Positions 53,658 through 63,491 are shown, counted from the first letter of the stretch. The stretch is 64,000 bases of DNA from Eubacteriales bacterium (GCA_045541555.1 JAZQJH010000059.1:16641-80640), one strand, 5' to 3'. Notes: generated from the letters alone by a model not told the origin. Program-made: numbers and translations.

Positions 53658-54284
53658 ATGAAACATCAAAAAATAATCCTTGTACTTTTCCCTTGTTTTA
53701 TTTTAATTTGTTTTATTACTATTTGTATGGTATATGTTCCTTCTTTTTTCAAAAATCAAGTACAGCAAAAAGCAAGAAAATCCACTGTTTCTGTATTCTC
53801 TGGGATTGATATGGAAAAAGGAATTATGACAGAGGATATGTCCATAGGAAGCGGCTTTTGTTTTGATGAAAATGGAAAAATACTGACGAATTATCACAAT
53901 GTCGACGGCGGTAATATTCATATTGTTACAGATGATGGTAGTGTTCATGAAGCAAGAATAATTGCTAAAGATGAAACTTTTGATATTGCTATCATTCAAG
54001 CCGACATTGATTTACCTCCACTTAAGATGAAGGATTCGAACAATTATGAGATTGGTCAATCAGTATTCAGTTTTTCGACACCGCTGTCTCTTTATCTACG
54101 TCAAACCTATTCAGATGGAATTCTTACAAACATAGATATTCAAGGATTTGGAACTCAAACCTTACTACAAACCAACATGGATTTAAGCCCTGGATGTAGC
54201 GGAGCACCACTGTTTAATAACGCAGATAATGTCATAGGGATGATCACATATAAGTCAACTCAATTTGGAGTAGAAGGCCTATGA
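53658..54284 (+). CDS. membrane-anchored trypsin-like (S1) serine protease, minimal form
   Basis: 208 aa. It has an N-terminal TM helix and a candidate catalytic triad: H in TNYHNV, D in DIAIIQ, S in GCSGAP. No PDZ domain is present. The local GC is low. An AGAGGA RBS precedes it. Confidence 0.7.
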   Translation: MKHQKIILVLFPCFILICFITICMVYVPSFFKNQVQQKARKSTVSVFSGIDMEKGIMTEDMSIGSGFCFDENGKILTNYHNVDGGNIHIVTDDGSVHEARIIAKDETFDIAIIQADIDLPPLKMKDSNNYEIGQSVFSFSTPLSLYLRQTYSDGILTNIDIQGFGTQTLLQTNMDLSPGCSGAPLFNNADNVIGMITYKSTQFGVEGL

Positions 54285-55051
54285 AGCATTTTTCTCTTTT
54301 TGTTATTTTGACAATGTTTATTGGGGGAATGCTCGCTTGCGCTCCCTCCAATTCTGAACTCACTATAGAGGATTTCATGAATATTGATCATGCAGAAGTC
54401 AGCATAGAATGCCGTTCTAAAATAAAGGCGCATTCTCTCCCATTAAATCAAATTAATCAACAGTTGAATACTTCTGGGCTACTATGTGAAAGTTATGCTG
54501 ACAATTGTATGGTTTTATTGCTATTTAAGAACATAGGAAAAAAGCGGTTTGATATCTATGTGGATGACGAATTATATCCCCCCACTTTTTATATAAGTAA
54601 AACAAATAAAAATGGAGATATCTACCTTTTTTGTGGCACGATCGGTGACTTCAGAAATATTAAAACCATCAAAATTTTTGAGCGAGAGAACAAACAGTTT
54701 GCCGATTTGACAAATTTACTTTTAACCAACATCAAACACTTCTCTATTTGTCAAAAAATCAATCGAACTATTGTTATTGATGATTTTCAATTTGAATTGA
54801 ATGAATATATAGAATCAGACGGTACGGCTTTTTTGAGATTTGACGTAAATAATCCATACTATCAAAAGAAAATCGATATCTGTATCATTGACGAGAAAAA
54901 AAATACACTTTTTTCAAATTCATATTTTCTTAATAATGCAAATGGAAACGGCGTCTGCTTCTTTTTTAAAAAAGATCATCTAAATTCCCGTTATTTACAA
55001 TTCAAAAGCAAGGAAACAAACGAAACTTTATATGAGATGCTTATATTATAG
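54281..55051 (+). CDS. lipoprotein of unknown function
   Basis: 256 aa with a signal peptide and the lipobox GGMLAC. Its start overlaps the protease stop by 4 nt (ATGA). The gene is about 30-35% GC. Confidence 0.7.
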   Translation: MKHFSLFVILTMFIGGMLACAPSNSELTIEDFMNIDHAEVSIECRSKIKAHSLPLNQINQQLNTSGLLCESYADNCMVLLLFKNIGKKRFDIYVDDELYPPTFYISKTNKNGDIYLFCGTIGDFRNIKTIKIFERENKQFADLTNLLLTNIKHFSICQKINRTIVIDDFQFELNEYIESDGTAFLRFDVNNPYYQKKIDICIIDEKKNTLFSNSYFLNNANGNGVCFFFKKDHLNSRYLQFKSKETNETLYEMLIL

Positions 55052-55107
55052 CTTTATCATATTTGTGTCACAATTTGTCTGCTTAGCACAAAAGAATAGA
55101 ATCACTT

Positions 55108-55139
55108 AAAAAGAGCCCGGCTTCGGCTGGGCTCTTTTT
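55108..55139. terminator. bidirectional intrinsic terminator
   Basis: AAAAAGAGCCC, a loop, GGGCTCTTTTT. Confidence 0.8.
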
Positions 55140-55145
55140 AGTTTT

Positions 55146-55766
55146 CTATAAAATTAAGGTTTCACCGACGGCGGGGATCAGCAGTTGTGAGTCACCCCCG
55201 GTGGTGGCTTTCACCATCTGCCAAAGTCCGTGGGGGTCGTTTTTTCGATCAGGCAAATGCACCAGCACGATATGCTTGGCGCCCCAGCTCTTGACGGCGC
55301 GCCAGGCAGACTCGGTGATGGCGAAGGCATAGGTGATGACCGCTACATCGGGTTTCGGTAACCCCTCCAGCCGTTTCCAGCTCATGGGAGAGGCGTCGCC
55401 GGTGAACCAAACGCATTGACTTCCATCAATGATGAAGCCCACATGGTCGATATCCATTCTGCCGATATGCCGGGTCGGAACTGCTTGGACCTTCACGCCA
55501 CCCACCTCATTGCAAAGAGGACTCTCAGGTCCCATGGGGGCCCTGAGAGTCGCTTTTTCATAGGTTTTGGCATAGGCTTCATCGTAATGATCCTCATGCC
55601 GATGGGTGAACGCCAAAAGGTCGGGGTAATTTGCCGAAAGTCTTGCTCTTATCTCTTCCGGAACCGGAAGATAGGGGGGCAATTCCTCGCAAACGCCGTC
55701 CAGCAGGATGGTGACCCCATCCAACTCCAGCAGGATGCCGGCATTGCACGTTCTCTCTATTTTCAT
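55146..55766 (-). CDS. MBL-fold metallo-hydrolase
   Basis: 206 aa with the HRHEDH (HxHxDH) motif. Its start overlaps the E1 stop (TAATG). Confidence 0.85.
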   Translation of the reverse strand: MKIERTCNAGILLELDGVTILLDGVCEELPPYLPVPEEIRARLSANYPDLLAFTHRHEDHYDEAYAKTYEKATLRAPMGPESPLCNEVGGVKVQAVPTRHIGRMDIDHVGFIIDGSQCVWFTGDASPMSWKRLEGLPKPDVAVITYAFAITESAWRAVKSWGAKHIVLVHLPDRKNDPHGLWQMVKATTGGDSQLLIPAVGETLIL

Positions 55767-58240
55767 TATACGCCCAGCTTTGCACGGCGGAATGCCTCCG
55801 CCTCGGTGCAGCCGTTCTCTACCACGTGACCGGGCAGGGGAACCAGCTTCTCATGGATGGCATCCAGGATCCAACCGGCCTGCGGGAAGAAGAACTCATC
55901 AAACTCGAAGGGCGGGGTGATCCAGTTGCGTGCGCCTACCACAACGGCAGGAGCATCCAGATCGTCGAAGCACAGCTCCGTCAAATTCTGAGCAACGTCG
56001 TTCATAAAGGCACCACGTGCACAAGCGTCGGAGACCAGAACCACACGGCCGGTCTTACGAACGGACTCCACCAGCTTGGTATAATCCAAGGGAACCAGGG
56101 AGTGCAGGTTGATAACGTCGGCTTCCATGCCGTATTTCTCACTGAGGATCTTCGCGGCATCCATGGCACGATACAAAGCAGCACCCAAGGTGATGATGGT
56201 CACGTCCTTACCGTCGCGCACCTTATTGACATCGCCAAATTCGATCTCATAACGCTCGGCAGGAACGCCGCCCTCATGGAACTGCTCGCCCACGTCGTAA
56301 ATTCTCTGGCTCTCGAAGAAGACGACCGGATCGGTGCCCTTCAGAGCGCTCTCCATCAAGCCCTTTGCCTCCCAAGGAGTAGCCGGGAAGCAGACCTTCA
56401 AGCCGGGGATATGGGCGCAAAGAGCGGTCCAATCCTGGCTATGCTGCGCACCGTACTTAGAACCGACGGACACACGCAGAACCACAGGCATCTTCAGGAT
56501 GCCGGCAGACATTGCCTGCCACTTGGACATCTGGTTGAAGATCTCATCGCCGGCGCAGCCGATAAAGTCGGCATACATCAACTCAACCAGCGCACGACCA
56601 CCGGACAGGGCATAACCGACGGCAGTACCGACGATAGCACCCTCAGCCAGAGGAGAGTTGAAGAGACGGCTATGGGGCAGAGCATCCATCATGCCGCGAT
56701 AGACGGCGAAGGCGCCACCCCAGTCACGGCAGTCCTCACCATAAGCGATGAGGGTGGGATCCTCATAGAAACGATCATAGATAACCTCGGACAGGGCGTC
56801 GCGCAGGTTATACATCTTCATCTTGGAAACGGGCTTGCCGTTCTCATCCACCACGTTACGGATCTTGCTCTTGATCTTCTTATAACCCTCAGCCTCTTCC
56901 TTGGGAACGGTATACTCGGGCTCGCGATCGTCGAACTTCTCCACAACTTCGTTGGAATACATCAGACGCTCAACCACAGCGGGATCCTTCTTGAAATCGC
57001 AATAGGGGCTGATTTCGGGATCGGCGGCGGCCTTGCAGATCATGGTCATGCGGTCGGAGGTCTCCTTCAGAATGGCGTCTACCTCTTCCTGGGTCATCAC
57101 GCCGGCTTCGATGAGCTTTGCGGGATAGGTCAGGAGAGGATCGACCTCTTTCCAAGCGTCCATCTCTTCCTTGGTGCGGTATGCATTCTGGTCGGAGACG
57201 GAGTGACCGGAATAACGGTAAGTAACGGTCTCCAGCATGACGGGACCCTGACCCTTACGGAGCAGCTCCAACTTACGCTCCATGGCGTCGATGACTGCCA
57301 AAGGATTGTAGCCGTCTACCGTCTCGGCATGGAACTGGGTGGGGCTGACACCGGAAGCGATCCGGGACATCCGATCCTGACCCATAGTCTCGCCGCGGGT
57401 CTGGTCGCCCATACCGTAGGAGTTATTGAAGATATTATAGAGGATGGGCATTCCATCGTTATGGGACTCCCAAAGGGTTTTATACTGATCCATGGCCGCG
57501 AAGTTCAAAGCTTCCCAGACGGGACCGCGTGCCATAGCGGCATCGCCCACGTTGCAGACGACGATACCCTTCTTATTATTGACCTTCTTAAAGAGGGCTG
57601 CACCGGTGGAAATGGTACCGGAACCGCCAACGATGGCGTTATTGGGATAGATACCGAAGGGCAGGAAGAAGGCGTGCATGGAGCCACCCATACCCATATG
57701 GAAACCGGTCTCACGGGCAAAGATCTCGGAGAGTGTTCCGTACAGGATGAAGCGGATTGCCAGCTCCTTCACGTCCTTGCACTCGCCCAGCTTCTGGGTG
57801 GAGCGCAGGCACTTGCCTTCCAGGAAGTTCTCCATCACGTCCATCAGCTGCTCGTCGCTCATCTTATTGATGGTGGACAGAGCCTTTGCCAGGATCTCGG
57901 AGTGGGAACGGTGAGAACCGAATGCGAAGTCATTCTCATCCAGGAGATAAGCCTGGCCGACGCAAGCGGCTTCCTGACCGGTGGAAAGGTGGGCAGGACC
58001 GGGATAGGTATGGTCGATGCCGTTATAGGAGCCCTGGGTCTTGATGAGATTGAGCATGGTCTCAAACTCACGGAGAACCGTCATATCACGGAAGATCCGG
58101 ATGAGGTCTTCCTTGGTATACTTACCGGACTCCAGCTCTTCCTTTACGGTCTTCTTATACTGGTTTACGGGGATATCCTTAAACTTGACCTTGCCGGACT
58201 TACGTACCTCAGCAGGATCGACAAATAAACTCTTAGGCAT
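55766..58240 (-). CDS. 2-oxoacid dehydrogenase E1 component, fused alpha-beta
   Basis: 824 aa. The N-terminal half is E1-alpha, including the ThDP region GDAAMARGPVWEALNFA. The C-terminal half is E1-beta (NSPLAEGAIVGTAVGYA...). Confidence 0.88.
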   Translation of the reverse strand: MPKSLFVDPAEVRKSGKVKFKDIPVNQYKKTVKEELESGKYTKEDLIRIFRDMTVLREFETMLNLIKTQGSYNGIDHTYPGPAHLSTGQEAACVGQAYLLDENDFAFGSHRSHSEILAKALSTINKMSDEQLMDVMENFLEGKCLRSTQKLGECKDVKELAIRFILYGTLSEIFARETGFHMGMGGSMHAFFLPFGIYPNNAIVGGSGTISTGAALFKKVNNKKGIVVCNVGDAAMARGPVWEALNFAAMDQYKTLWESHNDGMPILYNIFNNSYGMGDQTRGETMGQDRMSRIASGVSPTQFHAETVDGYNPLAVIDAMERKLELLRKGQGPVMLETVTYRYSGHSVSDQNAYRTKEEMDAWKEVDPLLTYPAKLIEAGVMTQEEVDAILKETSDRMTMICKAAADPEISPYCDFKKDPAVVERLMYSNEVVEKFDDREPEYTVPKEEAEGYKKIKSKIRNVVDENGKPVSKMKMYNLRDALSEVIYDRFYEDPTLIAYGEDCRDWGGAFAVYRGMMDALPHSRLFNSPLAEGAIVGTAVGYALSGGRALVELMYADFIGCAGDEIFNQMSKWQAMSAGILKMPVVLRVSVGSKYGAQHSQDWTALCAHIPGLKVCFPATPWEAKGLMESALKGTDPVVFFESQRIYDVGEQFHEGGVPAERYEIEFGDVNKVRDGKDVTIITLGAALYRAMDAAKILSEKYGMEADVINLHSLVPLDYTKLVESVRKTGRVVLVSDACARGAFMNDVAQNLTELCFDDLDAPAVVVGARNWITPPFEFDEFFFPQAGWILDAIHEKLVPLPGHVVENGCTEAEAFRRAKLGV

Positions 58241-58253
58241 TTTTATTCACTCC

Positions 58254-59621
58254 TTATATATGAAAAATAGCTTCACGAATGATTTCGGCAACCGTCGGAT
58301 GGGGGAAGACCAGCTTCTGCAACCGGCTGGGGGTCAGCTCGGTATCCACCATCATGGTAGCGGTCATAATGATCTCAGAGGCGTAGGAGCCGACGATATG
58401 GCAGCCCACCAAGCGGTTCTTATCGGTATCCACCACCAGCTTGATGAAGCCCTTACCGCCCTCGGTCTCTGCCAAATAGCGGCCGGCATAGCTCATGGGA
58501 AGCTTGACTTCCTTGACCTTCATACCCTTTTCCTCGGCGGCTTCCTTGCTATAGCCAACGCTGGCTACCTCGGGATCGGTATAGATGACCGAGGGGATGA
58601 CGTCGTAGCGAATCTCATCGGGCTTGCCCAGCATATGATTGACGGCAACCTCCGCCTCGCGGTATGCGGTATGCGCCAGCATCAGCTTACCGTTGCAATC
58701 GCCGATGGCGTAGACACCGGAAACGTTGGTGCAAAGATGGCGGTCGGTCTTGACAGCCGCCCGATCCATCTCCAGCTGCAGGGTCTCCAGACCGATATCA
58801 GCAGTAGCAGGCTTACGTCCTGCGGAGAGCAGAACCTTATCGCAGGCGATCTCTTTCTTTTCGCCGTTTTCTTCATAGATCACGCTATTGGTCTTGACCT
58901 CCAGCACCTTGCAGGAGAGCTTGAAGACCATACCGCGCTTCTCAAAAGCATCGGAAAGTACCTTACAGATCTCGGGATCGGTAGCACCGGCGATCTTGGG
59001 CATCATTTCGATGACGGTCACCTTAGTGCCGACGCTGGCAAAGTAATAAGCCATCTCCAGACCGATGACACCGCCGCCGATGACCACCAGCTCCTTGGGA
59101 AGCTCTTTCTCGTCCAGCACCTCGCGGTTGGTCACCACGAAGCCGGATGCCAAGCCTTCCTTCAGACCGGGAACGGGGGGAACCACCGTCTCGGAGCCGG
59201 AGGCGATGACCAGGCGCTTGCCTTCATAGGTTTCGCCGTTACATTCCACGGCAAAACCATTTGCGGTCTTGCCCTTAACTACAGCGTTGCCGGTGACCAC
59301 GGTGACCTTATTGGCCTTCATGGTAGCGCCCACGCCGCCCACCAAAGTCTTGACCACCTGATTTTTGCGGTCGATGACCTTGGCATGATCGTATGTAACG
59401 TTTTCTGCCGTCACGCCGAAGGCTTCGCTTTCCTTGGCATGGCGATACATTTTAGAAGAATTCAAAAGGGTCTTGGTGGGGATACAGCCTTCATTCAGGC
59501 AGGTACCGCCCAGCGCTTTTTTCTCAAAGACAGCCGCCTTCAGACCGCCCTGCGCCGCGCGCTCGGCGCAAAGATAACCGCCCGGGCCGCCGCCCAGGAC
59601 CAATACGTCAAAAATTTCCAT
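58254..59621 (-). CDS. lpdA: dihydrolipoyl dehydrogenase (E3)
   Basis: 455 aa. It shows GGGPGG and the redox disulfide GGTCLNEGCIPTK. Confidence 0.93.
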   Translation of the reverse strand: MEIFDVLVLGGGPGGYLCAERAAQGGLKAAVFEKKALGGTCLNEGCIPTKTLLNSSKMYRHAKESEAFGVTAENVTYDHAKVIDRKNQVVKTLVGGVGATMKANKVTVVTGNAVVKGKTANGFAVECNGETYEGKRLVIASGSETVVPPVPGLKEGLASGFVVTNREVLDEKELPKELVVIGGGVIGLEMAYYFASVGTKVTVIEMMPKIAGATDPEICKVLSDAFEKRGMVFKLSCKVLEVKTNSVIYEENGEKKEIACDKVLLSAGRKPATADIGLETLQLEMDRAAVKTDRHLCTNVSGVYAIGDCNGKLMLAHTAYREAEVAVNHMLGKPDEIRYDVIPSVIYTDPEVASVGYSKEAAEEKGMKVKEVKLPMSYAGRYLAETEGGKGFIKLVVDTDKNRLVGCHIVGSYASEIIMTATMMVDTELTPSRLQKLVFPHPTVAEIIREAIFHI

Positions 59622-59633
59622 AATACTAACTCC

Positions 59634-60878
59634 TTATTTCGCCAGCAGGGTGGTGAAGTTTTCCAGGTTCTGGCACAGCTCTTTCTGGAACCGGGCGGCA
59701 GGAGAACCGTCTACCGCGCGGTGGTCATAAGTCAGGCTGAGACCCATGGCAGGATAGATCTCGATATTGCCGTCCTTACCCTTACGGACACGGTCGGTGG
59801 TACCGCAAACACCCAGAATACCGGTCTGGGGGGGATTGATGACCGGAGTGAAGGACTCCACGCCCAGGTTACCCAGGTTGGAAACCGTGAAGGAACCGCC
59901 GCTCAGCAGGTCGGGGCTGATACTGCCCTCACGGCACTGCGCCGCCAGATCCTTGACCGCCTTGGAGATCTCCAGAAGGCTCATCTCATCCGCATGGAAG
60001 ATGGTGGGAACCATCAAGCCGCGGGGGGTATCCACTGCAACGCCCAGATTGACGTGCTTGAAGAGACGGATATTATTATCGTCCAGCATATTGGCGTTGA
60101 GGTCGGGATGGTTCAAAAGGGTACGGGATACGGCGTAAAGCACAATATCGCCCAAGGTGATGCCGGCAACCTCGCCCTCGGAAGCCTTGAGAACCTTCCG
60201 ATAGTTCAGGATGGCGGTGGCATCGAAAGAAGTATTGTGGGTCAGCTGAGCCATGGTGGAGAGAGAGGTGTGCATAGACTTGCTGATCGCACGGCGGATG
60301 CCGCTGAACTTCACGTCCTCATACTCTTCTGCAGCCGGAGCGGCAGCAGGAACAGCAGCCGGAGCGGCAGCGACAACGGGATTATCCATCAAAGTACGGA
60401 CGTCCCGCTCAATGATCCGGCCGTTGGGACCGGTAGGGGTAGCAAGAGATGCGTCCACGCCGGCACGCTCTGCCAGCTTCTTGGCTCTGGGAGAAATCGC
60501 AGACTTCTCACCGGCTACAGCCGTCGTCTCCGCAACGGGGGCAGGAGCGGCAGCAGGCGCAGCCTTAGGCTCCTCTGCAGGAGCGGCGGCAGGGGCTTCT
60601 TCCGCAGCACCCTCGGGGCGCAGCGCGGAGCAATCCTCGCCGGGGTTACCCACAGCGCAGACATTCAGCAGGCAGGGAACTTCATCCCCTTCCTGGAAAA
60701 AGATCTCCAGAAGGGTACCCTCTGCGGTGGATTCACATTCAAAACTGGCTTTATCCGTCTCATAGGTGAAGAGGATATCTCCCACCTTTACCGGATCGCC
60801 GACTTTCTTTTCCCAAGTGCCGATGATACAGCTCTCAACGGTAATACCGGCCTTAGGCATAATGACTGCATTTGCCAA
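59634..60878 (-). CDS. dihydrolipoamide acyltransferase (E2)
   Basis: 414 aa. It has a lipoyl domain with ETDKA, an Ala/Pro linker, a subunit-binding domain, and a catalytic domain with DHRAVDG. Confidence 0.92.
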   Translation of the reverse strand: MANAVIMPKAGITVESCIIGTWEKKVGDPVKVGDILFTYETDKASFECESTAEGTLLEIFFQEGDEVPCLLNVCAVGNPGEDCSALRPEGAAEEAPAAAPAEEPKAAPAAAPAPVAETTAVAGEKSAISPRAKKLAERAGVDASLATPTGPNGRIIERDVRTLMDNPVVAAAPAAVPAAAPAAEEYEDVKFSGIRRAISKSMHTSLSTMAQLTHNTSFDATAILNYRKVLKASEGEVAGITLGDIVLYAVSRTLLNHPDLNANMLDDNNIRLFKHVNLGVAVDTPRGLMVPTIFHADEMSLLEISKAVKDLAAQCREGSISPDLLSGGSFTVSNLGNLGVESFTPVINPPQTGILGVCGTTDRVRKGKDGNIEIYPAMGLSLTYDHRAVDGSPAARFQKELCQNLENFTTLLAK

Positions 60879-60982
60879 AACAATTCCTCCTTATTTATAT
60901 AGAATTATTCAATATATAATTATCCAAAATTCATTGTACTACAATTCCCCCCGTCCGTCAATGACTTTTCCAAATTTTCGCA

Positions 60983-61011
60983 TTGACCCAAGGGAAAAAA
61001 CTTGGTATGAT
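60983..61011 (+). promoter_or_regulatory. lplA promoter (TTGACC-17-TATGAT with a TG extension)
   Basis: TTGACC at 60983-60988 and TGG-TATGAT ending at 61011, 15 nt upstream of the ATG. Confidence 0.5.
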
Positions 61012-61026
61012 ATAAACGGTGATTTT

Positions 61027-61983
61027 ATGATTGAGAATCTATATTTTTATATCCAAAGCAAAACCGACCCATATGAAAATCTCGCCATCGAAAAACATCT
61101 CCTGGACACGGTGGCGGAAGGGACGCTGATCCTCTATCTCTGGCAAAACAGCAAGACGGTAGTCATTGGCAAAAACCAAAACCCTTGGATGGAATGTAAC
61201 TGCCAGCTTTTGGAGGAGGAGGGCGGAAGGCTTGCCCGGCGGTTATCCGGCGGCGGTGCGGTTTTCCATGACCTGGGAAATCTGAACTTTACCTTTATCT
61301 GCCGGGAAGAGGACTATGACCTTGCAAAGCAGCAGGAGGTGCTATTGAACGCCTGCAGGCTTGCCGGAATTCGGGCAGAGGTCTCCGGGCGGAACGACCT
61401 TTTGGCAGAGGGACGGAAATTTTCCGGCAATGCCTTTTACCATGCCGGCGGAAAAGCCTACCACCACGGCACGCTGCTGATCCGCGCAGACACCGCCATG
61501 GTACAGCGCTATCTGACCCCCTCGCAGGCAAAGCTTCAAGCCAAGGGCGTCAAATCAGTGCGCTCCCGGATCGTGAACCTGACGGAGCTTGCACCGAAGC
61601 TGACTCCGGAATTGATGAAAAAGCATCTTTGCTCTGCTGCAGAGCAGGTCTATCAATTGAAAGGGCTGGAGCTTCCGTCTATTCCCCATGCGGAAATTGC
61701 AGAGCTGGCCGCCCAATACGCCGATTGGAACTATCTTTACGGCACGCCCCTCCCCCTCTCCCTCGTTTGCGAAAAACGCTTTGATTGGGGCAGTGTTCAA
61801 ATACAATTAGAGGTCAAAGATGGTCGTATTCAAAAATGCAAGGTCTATACCGACGCTTTGGACTGGACCCTCTCCGAACAGATTGAAAGCCTCCTTACCG
61901 GGGTACGCTTTGCCAAAGATGCCCTCAAAATTGCCCTTGGATCACACCCTTACCAAAAAGATCTGCTGGAATTGTTAATATAA
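61027..61983 (+). CDS. lplA: lipoate-protein ligase
   Basis: The track ORF is trimmed to MIENLYFY. It shows RRLSGGGAVFHDLGN and the lysine region GRKFSGNA. Confidence 0.88.
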   Translation: MIENLYFYIQSKTDPYENLAIEKHLLDTVAEGTLILYLWQNSKTVVIGKNQNPWMECNCQLLEEEGGRLARRLSGGGAVFHDLGNLNFTFICREEDYDLAKQQEVLLNACRLAGIRAEVSGRNDLLAEGRKFSGNAFYHAGGKAYHHGTLLIRADTAMVQRYLTPSQAKLQAKGVKSVRSRIVNLTELAPKLTPELMKKHLCSAAEQVYQLKGLELPSIPHAEIAELAAQYADWNYLYGTPLPLSLVCEKRFDWGSVQIQLEVKDGRIQKCKVYTDALDWTLSEQIESLLTGVRFAKDALKIALGSHPYQKDLLELLI

Positions 61984-62018
61984 AAAACAGACTGTAAAAA
62001 TTTTACAGTCTGTTTTTT
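61982..62018. terminator. bidirectional intrinsic terminator
   Basis: AAAAAACAGACTGTAAAA-ATTTTACAGTCTGTTTTTT. Confidence 0.8.
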
Positions 62019-62021
62019 GAT

Positions 62022-63491
62022 TTAATTCAAAGTCGTAGCGACTGCCGCGTCCATCATATTACTGCCATAATAGGCATCGTTGCCGCTTGCATCGAGCTGC
62101 GGCACCGCAACTCTCTTAAACAGCAGCGTGGAAACAAATGCCAGCAAAAGCAATACGGCCAACACCACCGCAATGACAATGGCGGCGATCTTTCCGGCAC
62201 CGGAGGATTTTTTCTGAACCCCCGACTCGATCCGGCGGATCGCCATGGTACATTTCTTCAAAAGTTCTTGCTCCTCTGCCGAAAGGGATTCTCCGCTTTC
62301 TGCCAGAAGGTCTCCGCAACGCACCGCCTCCCGGAAGGCAGGCAATGCGGCTTGATCGTTTGCTGCAGAAAAGCCCTGCGCCGCATGGTAGCCCATCCGG
62401 TCTCTGATGGCCAGAAGCTGACCTCTTTCCGCCGCCTTATTCAAATAGTCGTGGGCATCTTCACCCCGATGGCTCAAGGCGTAGCGGCACATCGCCGGCG
62501 CATAGCCGGCCTCTGCCGAGGCTTTCAGGAGCGGAGAATAAGGCTCTGCCGTATCCTGCCCCTCTGCATACCGATCTACATAAAGATACTGCGCCGCTCT
62601 CACGCCGCTATCCGCCATACTCTTCAGGCTTTCCCGATCGGTCGCATCGGTAATGCCCGCCTTGATGCCTTCCATCTCGTCCTCCACGCAATAGCTCTTG
62701 AAGGTGGCGCAATCGGTACGGACGGTATTGCGATACTCGCTCTGCTTCAGCAGCGCTTCGGGGGTGTGCTCATGGTCAATGGTGTGCTCCGCCACAAGGC
62801 GCATATTCTTGACGGCGACAAACAAGCCGAAAATCCCAAAGGTGATCACCGTCAAAAAGCCCCACAGAAGATATTTCAAGAAGAACTTACCCAGCGTGCC
62901 GGTGAAGACCAGCCGGCGGGAATCTACCACCGTATGCTCCGTCATCCAACGGGTACGGATGAGTACGCCCCATACCACGCCCACTACGGGTACAATAGTC
63001 ACAAGCCCTGCCAGAATATTGGTGCCGATAAAGCCCCAGATACGGCCGTCGAAATAACTGTTGTTATCTTCTTCGCCTACAAAATGCGTATGCTTGGTGA
63101 TCCAGCGATTGATGGCAAGCGCCATCCAAAAACCGTAGATACCAAAGGTAATCAGGGTCAAGAAGCTCCACAAAAGGAACCGCCCGATCAGCTGAACACC
63201 CGTACCGTCAAAGTACATCCGTTTGCCGCAAACGATGGTGTGCTTCGCCTTCCAACGCTGCATCAAACAACACATCCAGGGAAAGGCGATGCCAAGCGTG
63301 ATCATCGTCACAAACCCGACCAGGATGGAATATCCGATGAATGCAAAATAACCGCCGTCAAAATACGAGCGATCCTCGGTAGGGGCATTCTGATCCTTAC
63401 CCTTACTTACCGCCAATGCCACGACTGCCGCAATCACGGCAATCAACGCTACTGCGATGATAATGAAAATTAAACTTGTCGCTACTTTCAT
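62022..63491 (-). CDS. DUF898-like multi-pass membrane protein with a C-terminal helical-repeat (Sel1/TPR-like) region and terminal TM helix
   Basis: 489 aa. It shows three repeats of SYFDG...ITLGI..PW....RW...HT. The C-terminal half is helical and carries a last hydrophobic helix. Confidence 0.6.
   Translation of the reverse strand: MKVATSLIFIIIAVALIAVIAAVVALAVSKGKDQNAPTEDRSYFDGGYFAFIGYSILVGFVTMITLGIAFPWMCCLMQRWKAKHTIVCGKRMYFDGTGVQLIGRFLLWSFLTLITFGIYGFWMALAINRWITKHTHFVGEEDNNSYFDGRIWGFIGTNILAGLVTIVPVVGVVWGVLIRTRWMTEHTVVDSRRLVFTGTLGKFFLKYLLWGFLTVITFGIFGLFVAVKNMRLVAEHTIDHEHTPEALLKQSEYRNTVRTDCATFKSYCVEDEMEGIKAGITDATDRESLKSMADSGVRAAQYLYVDRYAEGQDTAEPYSPLLKASAEAGYAPAMCRYALSHRGEDAHDYLNKAAERGQLLAIRDRMGYHAAQGFSAANDQAALPAFREAVRCGDLLAESGESLSAEEQELLKKCTMAIRRIESGVQKKSSGAGKIAAIVIAVVLAVLLLLAFVSTLLFKRVAVPQLDASGNDAYYGSNMMDAAVATTLN

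Noticed and set aside
53359-55077. TGTCACAA-containing 16-mers bracketing the low-GC cassette, considered as att-like direct repeats or ECF-type promoters
   Set aside because: Only about 12-13 of 16 positions match, depending on the gap. No integrase or sigma gene is nearby, and the downstream -10 regions differ. They are mentioned within the island finding only as a weak observation.
55826-58228. 800-aa plus-strand ORF
   Set aside because: It is an antisense shadow of the fused E1 alpha-beta gene, with the same compositional signature and no motifs.
58041-60902. 953-aa ORF on the plus strand spanning the 5' end of E1, all of E3 and all of E2
   Set aside because: It is entirely antisense to three genes with unmistakable catalytic motifs (lipoyl ETDKA, CLNEGC disulfide, ThDP region). 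The translation is low-complexity and rich in G/A/L/D/H, with no recognisable domain. It is a stop-poor shadow frame of GC-rich third-position codon usage.
62268-63473. 401-aa plus-strand ORF
   Set aside because: It is antisense to the DUF898-like membrane protein gene. The translation is Arg/His-rich and low-complexity.
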